Source: Eledone cirrhosa
Lineage: Eukaryota
Length of the DNA: 64,000 nt
Reading direction: 5' to 3'
Assembly (NCBI GenBank): GCA_964016885.1
Contig: OZ024745.1
Coordinates: 38,502,001-38,566,000, forward strand
The position numbers were made by a program, and so were the translations under genes. Positions 25,786-39,388 of the stretch are shown here, piece by piece (the first letter of the stretch is position 1; the number at the start of each line of letters is the position of its first letter). The notes below the pieces were generated by a model, which saw only the letters and a program-made list of their open reading frames with translations, ran no database searches and had not been told where the DNA came from.

Positions 25786-26633
25786 TGAGGTGTGTGAAAA
25801 AAGAAATAGAAATATGGTCGTAAAACAAGATATTTCAAATCCAAGCTACAAATTACAAGTCCCCACCCCGAAATAATCTACCTCGAGTCAAAAGTACATT
25901 CCATTCTCTCCATTACAACTGCATGCACTCCTCAAAAGAAACTCCAGGGATTCTGCACAGCGCTATCAATACGGTCCTCTTGATCGTTTCCGGAAAATGG
26001 GTTTAAATCGAAGATCCATGACTCATCACTGGTGATGCCTGACACCAGTAAGTCTGGTTTGTTTTTAAGACGTCAAGGATTTCCTACTATTCCTGCATAT
26101 ATCGCATTTTCTCATCATCGTCTCGCAGCTTCTGCAGCATCTTCGCCTTCCCAAATCTTCGGTGATAATCTTCGAATGGCCGTTGCAGTTCATACCCAGT
26201 AGACTTGCGATCAGTCGATCAGCTAGCCGACGGTAGCCACGCAACAACCCCCTCGCGCACTCAACGTCGGCATCAGACCTACTCGTTGAAACCCTTCCTT
26301 TCCTTGGGTTACCTTCCACATTTTCTACCACTTGAAATCCCTTATGCGCTACATCGTCTCATCTCCGTCCACTTGCTGCAGTATTCTGCGTTTTCCCCAG
26401 CTCGACCATATACTTTTGATTGGATAGTTGCTCCGTCAATATCACTCAAGAGCCTAAAATATAGGAGTTGTTGACAATAGCATGTATAAAAACATAGAAC
26501 GCCCGCAGAGAGCTGAGATCGCAGTTATATATTACCCTGATATTACGTTACACGGTGACGCAACCCATTGAACCCTGCCCCACTTATAGCTCACAGAGCA
26601 CACAGAGTCCAGTTACTTCTCTGACACACCTCC
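25786..26633 (-). mobile_element. Degraded, internally deleted mariner element
   Basis: TA-flanked imperfect TIRs (TGAGGTGTGTGAAAA / CTGACACACCTCC); minus-strand remnants PRKGRVSTS...IITEDLG and ITSDESWIF (ITGDE motif). Confidence 0.8.
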
Positions 26634-26664
26634 TATATGTGTATGCGTGTGTATATATGTGTAT

Positions 26665-26695
<31 letters not shown>

Positions 26696-26839
26696 GTTAT
26701 GTAATAAACAACATAAGGCAATTATTTCATTTACTTATGTTGTTTATTACATAACTATTAAGCTGTGTTACCTACATAGATCACTCTTTTTTCCTGGACT
26801 TTTCCGACAGAATTACTTCATTCATACATATATATATAT

Positions 26840-27269
26840 GCAGAGGTTATATTTAAACATGTTGGGATTCAACAAGTTTAAATGTGTTTATAACTGATAT
26901 AAAGCACTCAACATATTAGTGGAATAAATACACAATATATTAATAAATGGAAACTATATTTATAAAATCATATTTATTTTGTTATACATATTTCAAGGAC
27001 AACCAAGGCAAGTTATGGTGCGCTTTCATCAGATAAAATACAGATTTGTTTTATAAATAAATGTTGACATACACGGAAAAAAGACAACATTAAAGGTTAG
27101 AGCCTCCTGGAGGTTGTCTTTTTTCCGGGTATCTCAATATTTATTTATAAAACAAATCTGTATTTTATCCGATGAAAGCGCACCATAATTTGCCTTGGTT
27201 GCCCTTGAAATATGTGTAATAAAATAAATATGGTTTTATAGATATAGTTTCCATTTATTAATATATTGT
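26840..27269. repeat. Fold-back hammerhead repeat family A (arms 26932-27088 and 27113-27269)
   Basis: Inverted arms; hammerhead on + at 27161-27226 (core CCGATGA) and on - at 26975-27040 (CTGATGA...GAAAtatgtaTA); same family as 44143-44490. Confidence 0.9.
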
Positions 27270-27309
27270 ATATATATATATATAAATTTATATATATATA
27301 TATATATAA

Positions 27310-27706
27310 TTGGTGTGGAATGCTTAAAGCGTCTGTAAGCGATATGCCGTTTGAGCACTCGATGCAGTGTATAATATCACATAAGAAACGGAGAATAGGT
27401 GGAGCGACGAATACGATTTATTAGACATATTACAATCGTTTCTCTGACGACCAGCTCGAGGCACGATCGATGCAATGATCAAACCTCACTATGAAATCGC
27501 CAGATCCTCAGATATGTCTCGATTCTACGAAGATTTTGGAAACTCCGCTACGTAGAATCGAGACATATCTGAGAATCTTGCGATTTCAGAGTGAGGTTTG
27601 ATCTTTGCATCGATCGTGCCTCGAGCTGGTCGCCACAGAAACGATTGTAATATGTCTAATAAATCTTATTCGTCGCACCACTGATTCTCCGTTTCTTATG
27701 TGATAT
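27310..27706. repeat. Fold-back hammerhead repeat family B (arms 27374-27529 and 27551-27706)
   Basis: ~155 bp inverted arms between (TA)n tracts. Confidence 0.9.
27423..27519 (-). ncRNA. Type I hammerhead ribozyme with a large loop 2 insertion
   Basis: Minus strand: agacatat CTGAGGA tctggcga[~50 nt]tcgtcaga GAAA cgattg TA atatgtct; 8 bp stem I and 8 bp stem II. The plus-strand mirror (27561-27657) has core CTGAGAA. Confidence 0.8.
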
Positions 27707-27715
27707 GTATATGTG

Positions 27716-27760
<45 letters not shown>

Positions 27761-28399
27761 GCCACAGCCCCACATGTATGCCAAACACTGCGTTTCTCGA
27801 ACTTAAGAATAAAATAAACTTTATTGAAGCTATAACAAAAGTGTGGAACATCTATAAATATCGACACTAAGTCGGCATTTTCCTAGATCAGATATGCACT
27901 CAACACGAGTGGAAAGAGATGCCATGTTGCTAGTTTTTTTTGTAGCCAGTCCGACCATCAAAAACAAACAACTGTAATAAACAGCCATGACGCTGAGATA
28001 TTTGACAACTGTCAAAACAGATGTTTGCTCGACTGCTGTCTGTTGCACGTATGATAACATTCATAATCAAAATACCGTCAATGTTAGTAAGTCTACCATT
28101 ACATGGGAAGTGAAGATTACAAAATAATAAAATATATATATTCCTAAAAATAAATTATACATGACACGTTCTCTCGAAAAAAGACATAAAATACTATAAT
28201 AAACAAGAAATTGAATAAAGAGGTTTTGCGTTATTTCGACAAAATCGGATAGGAATATTTACAAGCATTTAAAGCCCTAGCATTTTGATAAATTAAGATT
28301 TGCATATATACCTTTCAATGAAAGTAAACCATCATCTTGTTGATAATAGTGATATTAACAAAAAAAACAAACAAACAAATTATGCCAACGTATATGTAT

Positions 28400-29480
28400 A
28401 TCGGCCATATGACAATGTTTATCACATGTAAACAAAGCATCGAAAACTATACTCCCCACCTAGAAACAGTGAGAAATAAAATAGAAATGGTGTTTGGAAA
28501 AAGTACAAGCAGAGCACTTCGATACAAGTTGATCATCCTCAAATACGAATTCAAAACTGTCAGCTAGAAACTCCGATGACAGACGAATCTGTCTCAAAAG
28601 AAATAAAAGTAATAAAAGTTTCAGCCGAAACCAAACATCAGTCTATTTAGATATGAGTAGCAAATCAATAAATATCACCGATGCCCTGGTCCCAAAAGAT
28701 ATAGATTCTTTGTGGAAAAAAATATCGAGTGAGTAAAAGAAGTTCAACCAAGATGTAGAAAGAGATCCTGATCAAAATATTGCCTTCGCATTACACCATA
28801 CACATACAGCATCAATGATGATACCCCTGAGAATGCGGTAGGAAAGCTTCAAGAAAGAAAACACATGGAAGAGACTTGATTCGCGCTTCAACTTGCAAAA
28901 ATCCTAGACTCCATAATCAGAGCCATAGAGAAACTATTTACTTCCTACGCTGGTTACGGCGTTCTCGTAAAATACATGAATGTCGTTTCGTGAGGATTAA
29001 TGTTCCAATGTGAATATAAAACAAGTAAATATTACGAGCAGATCCAGCAATATGGCCTGATTGTTTCACCGATTTCTGATGAAGATTACTACAGTTATTT
29101 TGGGATCAATGAAAATTATGGATAGATGAACATTTGTGACAATAAATGTGTAACTAAGGAATATAACACACGAATAAAAAAAACGATGGTTTTCGGAACG
29201 CTATATGCACAATAGGTATCTTTGCATGTGTTGATACCAACGTTTGAACATTTGACTAGACGCGAGATGAGATCCTAGCCACTAATGGTAAATATTGAAA
29301 GGTTCTAACCAGCAGCTGAGGTTTCCACGTCAACAGTAACATATACCACCGACTATATCTACAAATAACAAAAGTAGAGACCAATCTCTAGAACAGGTCT
29401 GTCTGCATGAGGCATATAATATAATGTTAAATACTTCCTGTATGATAACCCAGACCTCATACCTAGGGAAATTGCACAGC
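28400..29480 (+). mobile_element. Very degraded non-LTR reverse transcriptase remnant
   Basis: Weak motif relics only (FNLQKxxDSI-like at ~28887); no open frame. Confidence 0.3.
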
Positions 29481-29839
29481 AATATTGCAATGGATCCATA
29501 GGTGAACAGTTGTCGTCTTAGCTGAACGAAAACAGTCATGCTTGGCTGTGATGTCAGAGAGGTGCAAGGTGAGAGTAAGACTAATAAGCAAAATTTTCTT
29601 TCTTGGAACTATAGCCGTTATATTGGCCCTAATTTTAAATGATGAACTTTAGGATGTACTTTGATTGTGTAACCGTAAATAAGAAATGCACATAATTCAT
29701 ACCAGCGTCACCTGTTATATTTGTGAACATGCGCAACCTTCAACATTACCAGGGCAATACACGAAAATACCTCCTTTTGTAAATCTGCAGCAAAATTCTG
29801 TCCAACTCAATATATATTTATATATATATATACATATAC

Positions 29840-29940
<101 letters not shown>

Positions 29941-30243
29941 TGTGTGTGGGTATGTGCATGTGTGCGTTTGAGCGTGTGTGTGCGTGTGTGTGCATGAGTG
30001 TATTTCTGTGTTTGTACCTTCACAGATATATACATGGATGCTTACATACATGCATACATGCATGTATATATACATACATACATACATGCATGTATACATG
30101 CATACATACATATAACATAGATACATATTCATACATAACATTTGAATACTTCTCTTGATTAAAAAAAAAATGTTCGTATTTAAACAGAAGTTTCTCAAAT
30201 ACTTTTACATATGCTCTATGCTGTATAATTTATGATGACGTTT

Positions 30244-30355
30244 ACTGAAGTAAAATATAATCAACCTTCTTATATATATATGTGAATAATAAAATATAAT
30301 CAACCTTCTTATATATATATGTGAATAATAAAATATAATCAACCTTCTTATATAT
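30244..30355. repeat. 38 bp minisatellite, ~3 copies
   Basis: TAAAATATAATCAACCTTCTTATATATATATGTGAATAA repeated. Confidence 0.9.
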
Positions 30356-30599
30356 TTATATGTGTGTGGATATGTGTGCCCGAACGCATACACATATCCA
30401 CACCTATGCACATATATATACCCAAAGATAGGCATATGCAATTTTATAAATTGACATTCACATATATGTGTATGCAGATGACATCGCGCTCAGGCATTAC
30501 CTCTCTCACATACACACACACTGATATATATATATATATATATAAATATATATATATAAATTTGTGTGTAATGTGTATGCTCGTGTACGTATGTGCATG

Positions 30600-30639
<40 letters not shown>

Positions 30640-30669
30640 TGCACACTCACACAGACTAACACACACGGG

Positions 30670-30708
<39 letters not shown>

Positions 30709-30738
30709 GTAAATATATATATATATGTATATATTTAT

Positions 30739-30846
<108 letters not shown>

Positions 30847-31439
30847 TTATATGCTTTTCTGTGTGCAAGAGAATATTACTTAATGGGTTTTCTTTCCAGT
30901 ATATTTATTGCACTCTTTTTCTGTTAATTTAAATTCACAGCATTGTCATGGAAAATTGATGTATTCTACACCGTTGAAGGGATTTGTCCTTCTTCATGAT
31001 ACGATCATATAGAAATGATGATGTGAAGATGATAACAAAAAATGGATGAAATGAAGAGATAATCGATTATGGAGAAATGAGAAGTTTAATGATATTCTTT
31101 ATGTCCTTTTTTCTAGAACATCTGTGTTTGCGTATGTGTGTTTGTGTTTGTGTGTACGTTTCTATGGGAGATTGTGTTCTGTATTTTTCCTGTCTCGAGC
31201 TTTTCTTTTTTTTTGTGTGTTTTAATTTCATTTTGGACGCAATTTCAATTAAATAAATAATTCTTAACATTTCACGACTTGATGGAACCAAAGTTCATAG
31301 ATTATATTAAAGTTCTTAACTTGTTGATTTTTGAAATAAAATTCTTACTTACAGAAACATAAGCACACCCATAGACAAACAGACGTTTACATATACGTAT
31401 GTGCGCATATAGACATTCCCACACAGAAGCACCCGCACC

Positions 31440-31480
<41 letters not shown>

Positions 31481-31492
31481 ACACACATACAT

Positions 31493-31544
<52 letters not shown>

Positions 31545-31545
<1 letters not shown>

Positions 31546-31680
31546 AGGCGTGTGGCTGAGTGGTTAGAGAATTGGATTCGCAGTCGTAAGGTTGTGAGTT
31601 CGATTCCTGGACCAGGCGATGCGTTATGTCCTTGAGCAAGACACTTTATTTAACGTTGCTCCTTCTACCAGGAGTTGCGA
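31545..31680 (+). mobile_element. tRNA-derived SINE (family 2), 5' part
   Basis: A box TGGCTGAGTGG, B box GAGTTCGATTCC, then GTCCTTGAGCAAGACACTT. Confidence 0.85.
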
Positions 31681-33564
31681 CCGATAGATAGTATTAGCAA
31701 TTGGAAAGACCAACGGAAACATTGTTCCCTCGGTCCGATTTGACGAAAGTCGATCGTTTCTTTAATATATATATGGGGAGAGAGAGAGAGAGATCAAACT
31801 TCTGTGTAATTACCTATCATTTTATAAAACTTAAGAAAATATTTTCAGGGCGTTTCTTTAGGCCCCAGAATTGTAATTAATGAGAATAATATTGAAAGAA
31901 AGGCGGATTATTATTGGCATATTCCAATATTATTGGGGTTTCAGGAATATAAACTATAGAAAAATTGACATTACATTCTGCACAATCAAAATAATAATCA
32001 ACATATCATAGGAAATGGGAGAAAATATGTAGTCAGAAAATAGATGATGCTAAGAAGATTTTAAATTAATTAACCCATATGTTTGCAGTGTTGGAAGTAT
32101 CTAAGTTTCTTCTACATTGTACCGTTGAGTGCACGGGAAAAAAATGATACATCATATTGGCATGCACATAACCAAATTAAAATGTCTGTTTTTCGTATCA
32201 CGTATATTTATCATATATACACATACTTGTAGTTTCAATAGATGTATATCGTACACACATACACGCATGTGGACAGGAACATGCACACACGCATATGCAT
32301 GCACACTCAGACAAACACACATTCAAACAAATACATCTATCTATAGTATATAAAGTATATAATGTATTACCGGTTTCGATATATTATGAAAATTATTCTC
32401 ATCAAATGTTGAATATTACAATTAAAAACAATTATTAAGAATTAAAAACCAAAAATTAAACATTTAAAATTAAGTTTTTGTTCCCATCTTCCTTGCTCAG
32501 GAGCAGAATGACATTGCATATATATGTGCAGATACTCCTATATATTTGTGTACGTTCGTAAGAACGAACAAGTTTCAAATGAAGTGTTGCCAAATGCCTA
32601 AAATTATATTGTGTTTTATTCTGTTTCACGTTCTTAATCAATTTTGTTCGTGCTCAAATATCTTTACGGGGAACCTGAGATGTATTACTGGTGTAATGTC
32701 CTTAAAATATCAGTGCTGCATTTCAGTACTTCATACATCCGTACATGCTTACAGCAACATCACCACATAATTGAAATCTATATAATCACAAGCAATCTCT
32801 CGTGTTATATCGCTGCATGCAGTGCAAAGGTTTACAAACTATAAGACAACATTTACGGTTTCATTCGCCATGTGAAACATAGCAAGGGCATTTCCGTAGT
32901 ATCACACTTACCGTCTTTAAACAGAAAAAAAAGCCGTAATTACATATTTCCCGAACTCCCTCATATATGACGGAATATTAGCTATGTGTATTTATTGTGT
33001 ATATTTTGAAGAAGGCTGCTACTAGGTTGTTACTGGAAATATTGGAGGTCGGATCTGATGATTTTAGGTTGGAGATGGGTGACTCTTATATAGAGAATGT
33101 AAGGAAGATGAAAGTTGGATAATCTTTATAAAATGCGCTGTTAAAAATGGTAACACAGAATTCGTTATTGTACAGAAGTGTATGATGCACTACTAAAATT
33201 TGTCTAATGGAACATTTGATATTGTATGTGTCAGAGAAGATCGTATTGGCAGAGGATGTGGTGGTAAAATATAGGATTTTAATACCGCAGAGACATTATA
33301 TATCCAAGGAGTGTTAACATATAGAATTTAAACTTTACATCAGAGAAGATTCAGAGTAAAAGACGTGTTTTGATGTGAGAAAGAAGGGGGAAGGATTATA
33401 TTAACATAAGCTCGAGTGTTTCTCCAGTCTTATCATGAGTTATTGTGCAAAGATTCGCTTGGATGAACAACCATTTTACGTAAGCTTCTCTCTCGATCAA
33501 TTATACATACATGTTTGTATGCACATCTTTATGTCAATATGTTCCAGTGTTAGTCTACACTTCT

Positions 33565-33692
<128 letters not shown>

Positions 33693-33841
33693 ATATATAT
33701 AAACAAAGCAAGTGTGGGAAGGTGCACCATAACGCACCAGAGGATTCGATACTTAAGGTAGTAGAGAGACCCCAACGGCTGAGCTCCGGATCTAGCTGTC
33801 GAAACGACCGGAGCTCAACCGTCGGTGGTCATGACTGTTTT

Positions 33842-33887
<46 letters not shown>

Positions 33888-33888
<1 letters not shown>

Positions 33889-34187
33889 ATAAAGAAAAAA
33901 AGATGAAATCGAAAATGCAAGTGGAGTCTTATTTTAAAAAAAATATATATATTTATTTGGTTGCTTTACCGGTTTCGCAGTTCTTCTGCTTTTCAAAAGT
34001 AGAGTTCCGATGGAGGGTCTGTGGTTTTTCTCACATCTGATTTGAGAAAAACCACAGACCCTCCATCTCAACTCTACTTTTGAAAAGCAGAAGAACTGCG
34101 AAACCGGTAAAGGAACCAAATAAATATATATATTTAAAAAAAAATAAGACTCCACTTGCATTTTCGCTTTCATATTTTTTCTTTATA
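33888..34187. repeat. 300 bp fold-back repeat with a U3-A8 hammerhead in each arm
   Basis: Arms 33888-34033 and 34043-34187; + strand 34075-34114 reads tactt TTGAAAA gcag-aagaa-ctgc GAAA ccgg TA aagga; mirror at ~33962-34001. Confidence 0.88.
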
Positions 34188-34243
34188 ATTTCACTCGTGC
34201 AGGACACAACGTTTATTTTTTATTTTGTAAAAAAGAACCTCAC

Positions 34244-34352
<109 letters not shown>

Positions 34353-34427
34353 CGTGTTTAATCACAGTAAGCGAGGTACTCAATACGTAGCAGAGTCAAA
34401 ATATTTGATATAGAAATTGCTTATACA

Positions 34428-34469
34428 CAATTAGAACTGTTTCATTTGGGAGAAATCATCAGTAAGTCG
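34428..34469 (-). ncRNA. Probable degenerate minimal hammerhead
   Basis: Minus strand: gactta CTGATGA tttctcccaaat GAAA cagt TC taattg; stems are imperfect. The flank (GGTACTCAATAC) is shared with 60360-60400. Confidence 0.5.
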
Positions 34470-34982
34470 ACTATCCAAGTAATATATATATATGAAATAC
34501 ACATGTTTAACTTACATAAATAAATACGCATACAGACACACACACTGACATACACACACCCATATATATTATAATAACTATTTAGTGTCATTGGTACCTT
34601 TCACAATATTGTTACTATAAAATACCAATGATTTTGGCAGATGTATCAATACATTTTTAACAATATAACGAAAAAGTACTGTTTACCCTATCATATAACA
34701 TATTTCCGTTTTGGCATCTGTAAAGATTTTTTGCAACGTAAAGATTTTTGTATATAATTTGCACTTGTAAAACGTTGAAAACCGTTCAAATCTTTTGAAA
34801 TAATAAGGTTCATTTTGTTATTACTTTATTTAAAGGAAATATTTTAGTAGATGAATTTAACTGGGATTAGATGGGATACAGAGGAAACAGTCTGTGCCAC
34901 ATCGCCTTTTTTCATTTTATAAATGTATAGAGGTTAATGACGTTGATACATATTATACATTGATATGGTGTGCGTGTGTGTG

Positions 34983-35125
34983 GAGGCGCGTGGTTTAGTG
35001 GTTAGAGCTTTGAGATTGCAATCGGGAGGTTTTGATTTGGAGTCTAGGACCGGGTGTGGCTTTGCATGCTTGAGCAAGGCACTTTATTTCACGTTGTTCC
35101 ATTTTACTCAGCTGTAAATATGAAT
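34983..35125 (+). mobile_element. tRNA-derived SINE (family 2)
   Basis: GGCGCGTGGTTTAGTGGTTAGAGC...CTTGAGCAAGGCACTTTATTTCACGTTG. Confidence 0.8.
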
Positions 35126-35918
35126 TGCGATGCACTGGCGAAAATGCGCATCCATTCGGTGTCTTTTTCGAAAATACCTTGTATAATATTGTTGGCGTGG
35201 AGAGGGGAAACTGGCATGCATGACCGACTGATCTTCCAGAAACACACCTTGCCACTCTTCTAGAGGCAAAATGATGGCAATCAAGAAAATAATTGAGCAA
35301 TCAGATTATAGCACTCCACGTTAATTTTGCCCATGGCTTGAATAGCAGATATCACACAGGCCGGTATTCGACGAAGAATTGGTATTTATGTAAATATGAA
35401 GAGACGTTTATCTATTTCCATAATTTAGTTTATTATATAAGAACTGTTCTGCAGGTTTTATGCAATGATTACACGTCAGTCTATCACATCGGACGGGAAT
35501 CAATAATATAACCAGAAGAGAGAGTTCACTATATCATATATATATATATATTACGTTACGCACGGTTCACCAGTGCTTTGACTGGTAGCCGCCTTCGATT
35601 ATGTACCATTAAGTAGCTGCACGGTTTAACATCTTAGAATGTTAAAAACACTTTAAACTAAAGGTCAAGAGAAATTGTTATGACGCTCATTTCAAAATCC
35701 CATTTATTTATCTCTCGTCTATATTATTAGCATCAATATATAGACAGACATATATCCGATTCGGTGCTGACTTACTCACATCTATACCCATAATCTTACG
35801 GAGAAATCTGTTCTTCAATTCCTTCGGAACTTGATATCTGAACCTGTTCATACCTAGAAGGTTGTGACACCGGAGACGTTCAACAGACTTAATTCGTTAC
35901 ACATCTCATATATGTATA

Positions 35919-36250
35919 TTATACATAACGAGGAATCAGTAATAAATCAAAACGCAATTTATTAACATATTACATATATTTCTCCGTCGAGAAGCTCAAA
36001 GCATCTGATGGAATGCTTTGAATTCACAAAACGTTTCTGAGGAACTTGCGAATGCAGAGTCGGTTTCGATCTGTAATAGATCCTGCCTTGAGCTGTATCG
36101 ACGGAGAAATATATGTTATATGTTAATAAAGTGTGCTTTGATTCATTACTGATTCCTCGTTATCTATAAGAATATACTCTGCTCTGCGCGAGCATCGAGT
36201 GGTCAAACGGCTCACCGCCCACGGCACACCGCCTACTCCAAATCTACAAC
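35919..36250. repeat. Fold-back hammerhead repeat family B, older copy
   Basis: Arms 35919-35999 and 36088-36169; CTGAGGA at 36037 and GAAA at 36106; tail GCATCGAGTGGTCAAACGGC shared with 27310-27374 (reverse). Confidence 0.8.
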
Positions 36251-36709
36251 TATATATATATATACATATAGATTCAGCGAGAATCGCATTTCGGCGGGTA
36301 GAAAAGGCGAAACGAAACGCTAAAATCAGATATGATACTGGCAAGCGCTCGATAGTTAAAAATCTAGAGCTAAACAATACGTTAACAGGGCATACACAAC
36401 TGAAATAGTGGTCAAGAAAGCGTCAACCACCTAAGTCAAAGAGAAAATCAAGCTAAACAAGTCAAACCAAAATAAAATAAATGATAAAGAAGACACCGAC
36501 CTGGACCCCTTGGAATTGATGCTAAAATCAAAATGCAGGGTTTCTATGACACCTAAATCAAAATACGTCTGCTTAAAAATTTAAGCTTTAGGTATAATGG
36601 TCGAACAAAGAATATCATGTTATCAACAGGTATTTAGCTCTGAACCAAATTTGTGAGTAACAGAGAGGCACGTAAAAGCACGTGTGGAATTCACAAGTGA
36701 AAATGTATG

Positions 36710-36760
<51 letters not shown>

Positions 36761-36788
36761 ATGTGTGTGTGTATGTGTGTATGTGTGC

Positions 36789-36859
<71 letters not shown>

Positions 36860-37814
36860 TGTGTGTATAGGTCACACAGATATCTAAATATAGATTTAAT
36901 AAACCATATGGATTCCTAGATCTTGAGTTTAAATGAAGAAGTGAATGCCTGATAAACATTGTGTAGAGAATCAGTTGATTCGTCTATATTTAGAGGTTTA
37001 TGTATTTACTTCTAAAATTTTCCTTTTAGCTATTCTCCAGCTTTATTCTGTTTTGAGTTATATGTTTAACTGTGCATCTGGTTATTTCATCTCGTTGTTA
37101 ATTTCTCTACTTTTTTTACTAGTCATTCTTCTCACTCCCTCTCCTCTCTTCGTTCACCCTCTGGGTTAAACATAACCATCTGGGTTAAACATAATTCTAA
37201 AATATTTTATGACTGACGTTTATTGTATTTCTAAATTCATAACTAAAGATATTCTATTTTTGTTCTCATGACATTTTCATTATTATTATCGTTTAGCTTT
37301 TCGTATATGTAAGGACAATTTATACAGGAAAATATTACATCTTGACATGCGTCGATTTCTTTATCCTATCCCTTTTCTCATCTTTCATTTACTCATCCCA
37401 CTTTCTAATACTTACCTATAATTTGTCTTTTATATTGCATATTTAATTTTAATTATTTTCTTTGCCTCTTGTGTATAGATTTTGAAACATTTATTTTTTT
37501 AGCTTTATGTACGTCGACAATTTGCGGTTATATTTTATCTTTATTTTTCCAACTTCAATCAATTATATCTATTTGTGCTGTTATCCCCCTTGTTTTTGTT
37601 AGACTGTTGAATGGGGTGCATAAGTATACCGTGTCTAAAGTTTGGTGATATAGTTCTTTCTACAGTCTAATATTGAAGTTGTCTGAGGAAGTAGTTGCCA
37701 AAGGTGTCGGGCCGTACACATCAGTTATACGATGTAATCGACGAGGATTTAGAGCCTGATGAATAATGAAACTCCTAAGCCGTAATAAACATGTAAATCT
37801 GATCTCTATCTCTC

Positions 37815-37866
<52 letters not shown>

Positions 37867-38127
37867 AACATTTTGCTCTACAAGGCTGAATACAATAGAT
37901 GTAATCTGAGTGTTTCGAATGTTAATAATAACATTCGATTCGTTTGCAATTATGCAAGCAAGCCTCAATTTTATAGCCATGTCAGTAGAATGAACACTTC
38001 ATTCTTACTCTTGTCTTGGCATGCGAACAGAACTGCAGACACTAATGTTTCCGGTTACACCCTTCATCAGTACAGCTGCCAAACTGTCAGAGCTAGTGAA
38101 CATATATGCTATTTTCAAAAATATACG

Positions 38128-38238
38128 GTGACTGATCGGCCTGATTTGCATATTAGCAGACTGGCTGATCAGTCAGATCTGCATATTAGCAGATCCATTG
38201 ACCAACCAGATTTGCATATCAGCACACTGGCCAGTCAG
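38128..38238 (+). repeat. 33 bp repeat x3 containing octamer motif ATTTGCAT
   Basis: GATTTGCATATTAGCAGA / GATCTGCATATTAGCAGA / GATTTGCATATCAGCACA. Confidence 0.8.
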
Positions 38239-38373
38239 GTTCCTGTATACGAGCGATAATTGGCCGGCTTTGCAATATTCAAATAAAAAAGAAAATTTTC
38301 TCCATATGGCTGAATACAATATAGGTAATCTGCGTTTTTGGAATGTTAATAATAACATTCGAAAATCTCAGAT

Positions 38374-38751
<378 letters not shown>

Positions 38752-38825
38752 CCATGTGCGTGTACATCATTGTATTTGCATTCCTGCTTTCTTTTTGTCG
38801 CGTATCAACAAAATAACATCTATGT

Positions 38826-38960
38826 TTCCACTTGTGGCACAAGGCCAGCAATTACCCAGTGCATTACTGGTGCTTTACTTTATCGACCCCGTAAGTATGA
38901 ACAGCAACGGTAATCTCGGTGGGATTTGCACTCAGAACGTAAAGGGCCGTAACTATATGT
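38826..38960 (-). mobile_element. SINE (family 1), 5'-truncated
   Basis: GGCACAAGGCCAGCAATTACCCAGTGCATTACTGG...TATCGACCCCGTAAG is the reverse complement of the SINE body. Confidence 0.8.
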
Positions 38961-39047
38961 ATTGATAAAAAAACTTACGCTAGATGAATAAACAATTATG
39001 TCAATTCAATTGGCTAGAATCTCTCTAATTGGTGTCCCATCATATAC

Positions 39048-39087
<40 letters not shown>

Positions 39088-39233
39088 GTATGTGTGTGTG
39101 CAATATGAATAGAGCCTTTCTGTAAGATGAACACAGCCGTTCGACCTACTGGCAAACATTCATTTGATAATGATCTGCATCACAACGAAAACGACAAGAG
39201 CAATGTCATTTACTAATATATTTTTGCACTTAC

Positions 39234-39388
39234 CTGATCTCTGCTTATATACACAGGTTTGTTAAATACAATCCACGTTACCGTCTCAAAGCAACCTGGT
39301 TGAGTAAATGAACCTTCATAGGTAATATAATGATCTGTTTGGGGTATTAATTTACCGAGGTAAAAGTTACGTAGCCGAGATTCATCTC
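39234..39388 (-). CDS. Carbonic anhydrase-related protein (CA10/CARP-like), internal exon
   Basis: 155 bp exon cacAG|(x)DESRLRNFYLGKLIPQTDHYITYEGSFTQPGCFETVTWIVFNKPVYISRDQ|GTAAGT; alpha-CA YxGSLTxPxCxExVTW motif with the CARP-type NKPVYI. Confidence 0.92.

Noticed and set aside
31545-31615. tRNA gene
   Set aside because: A and B boxes run directly into SINE body sequence; no complete acceptor stem.
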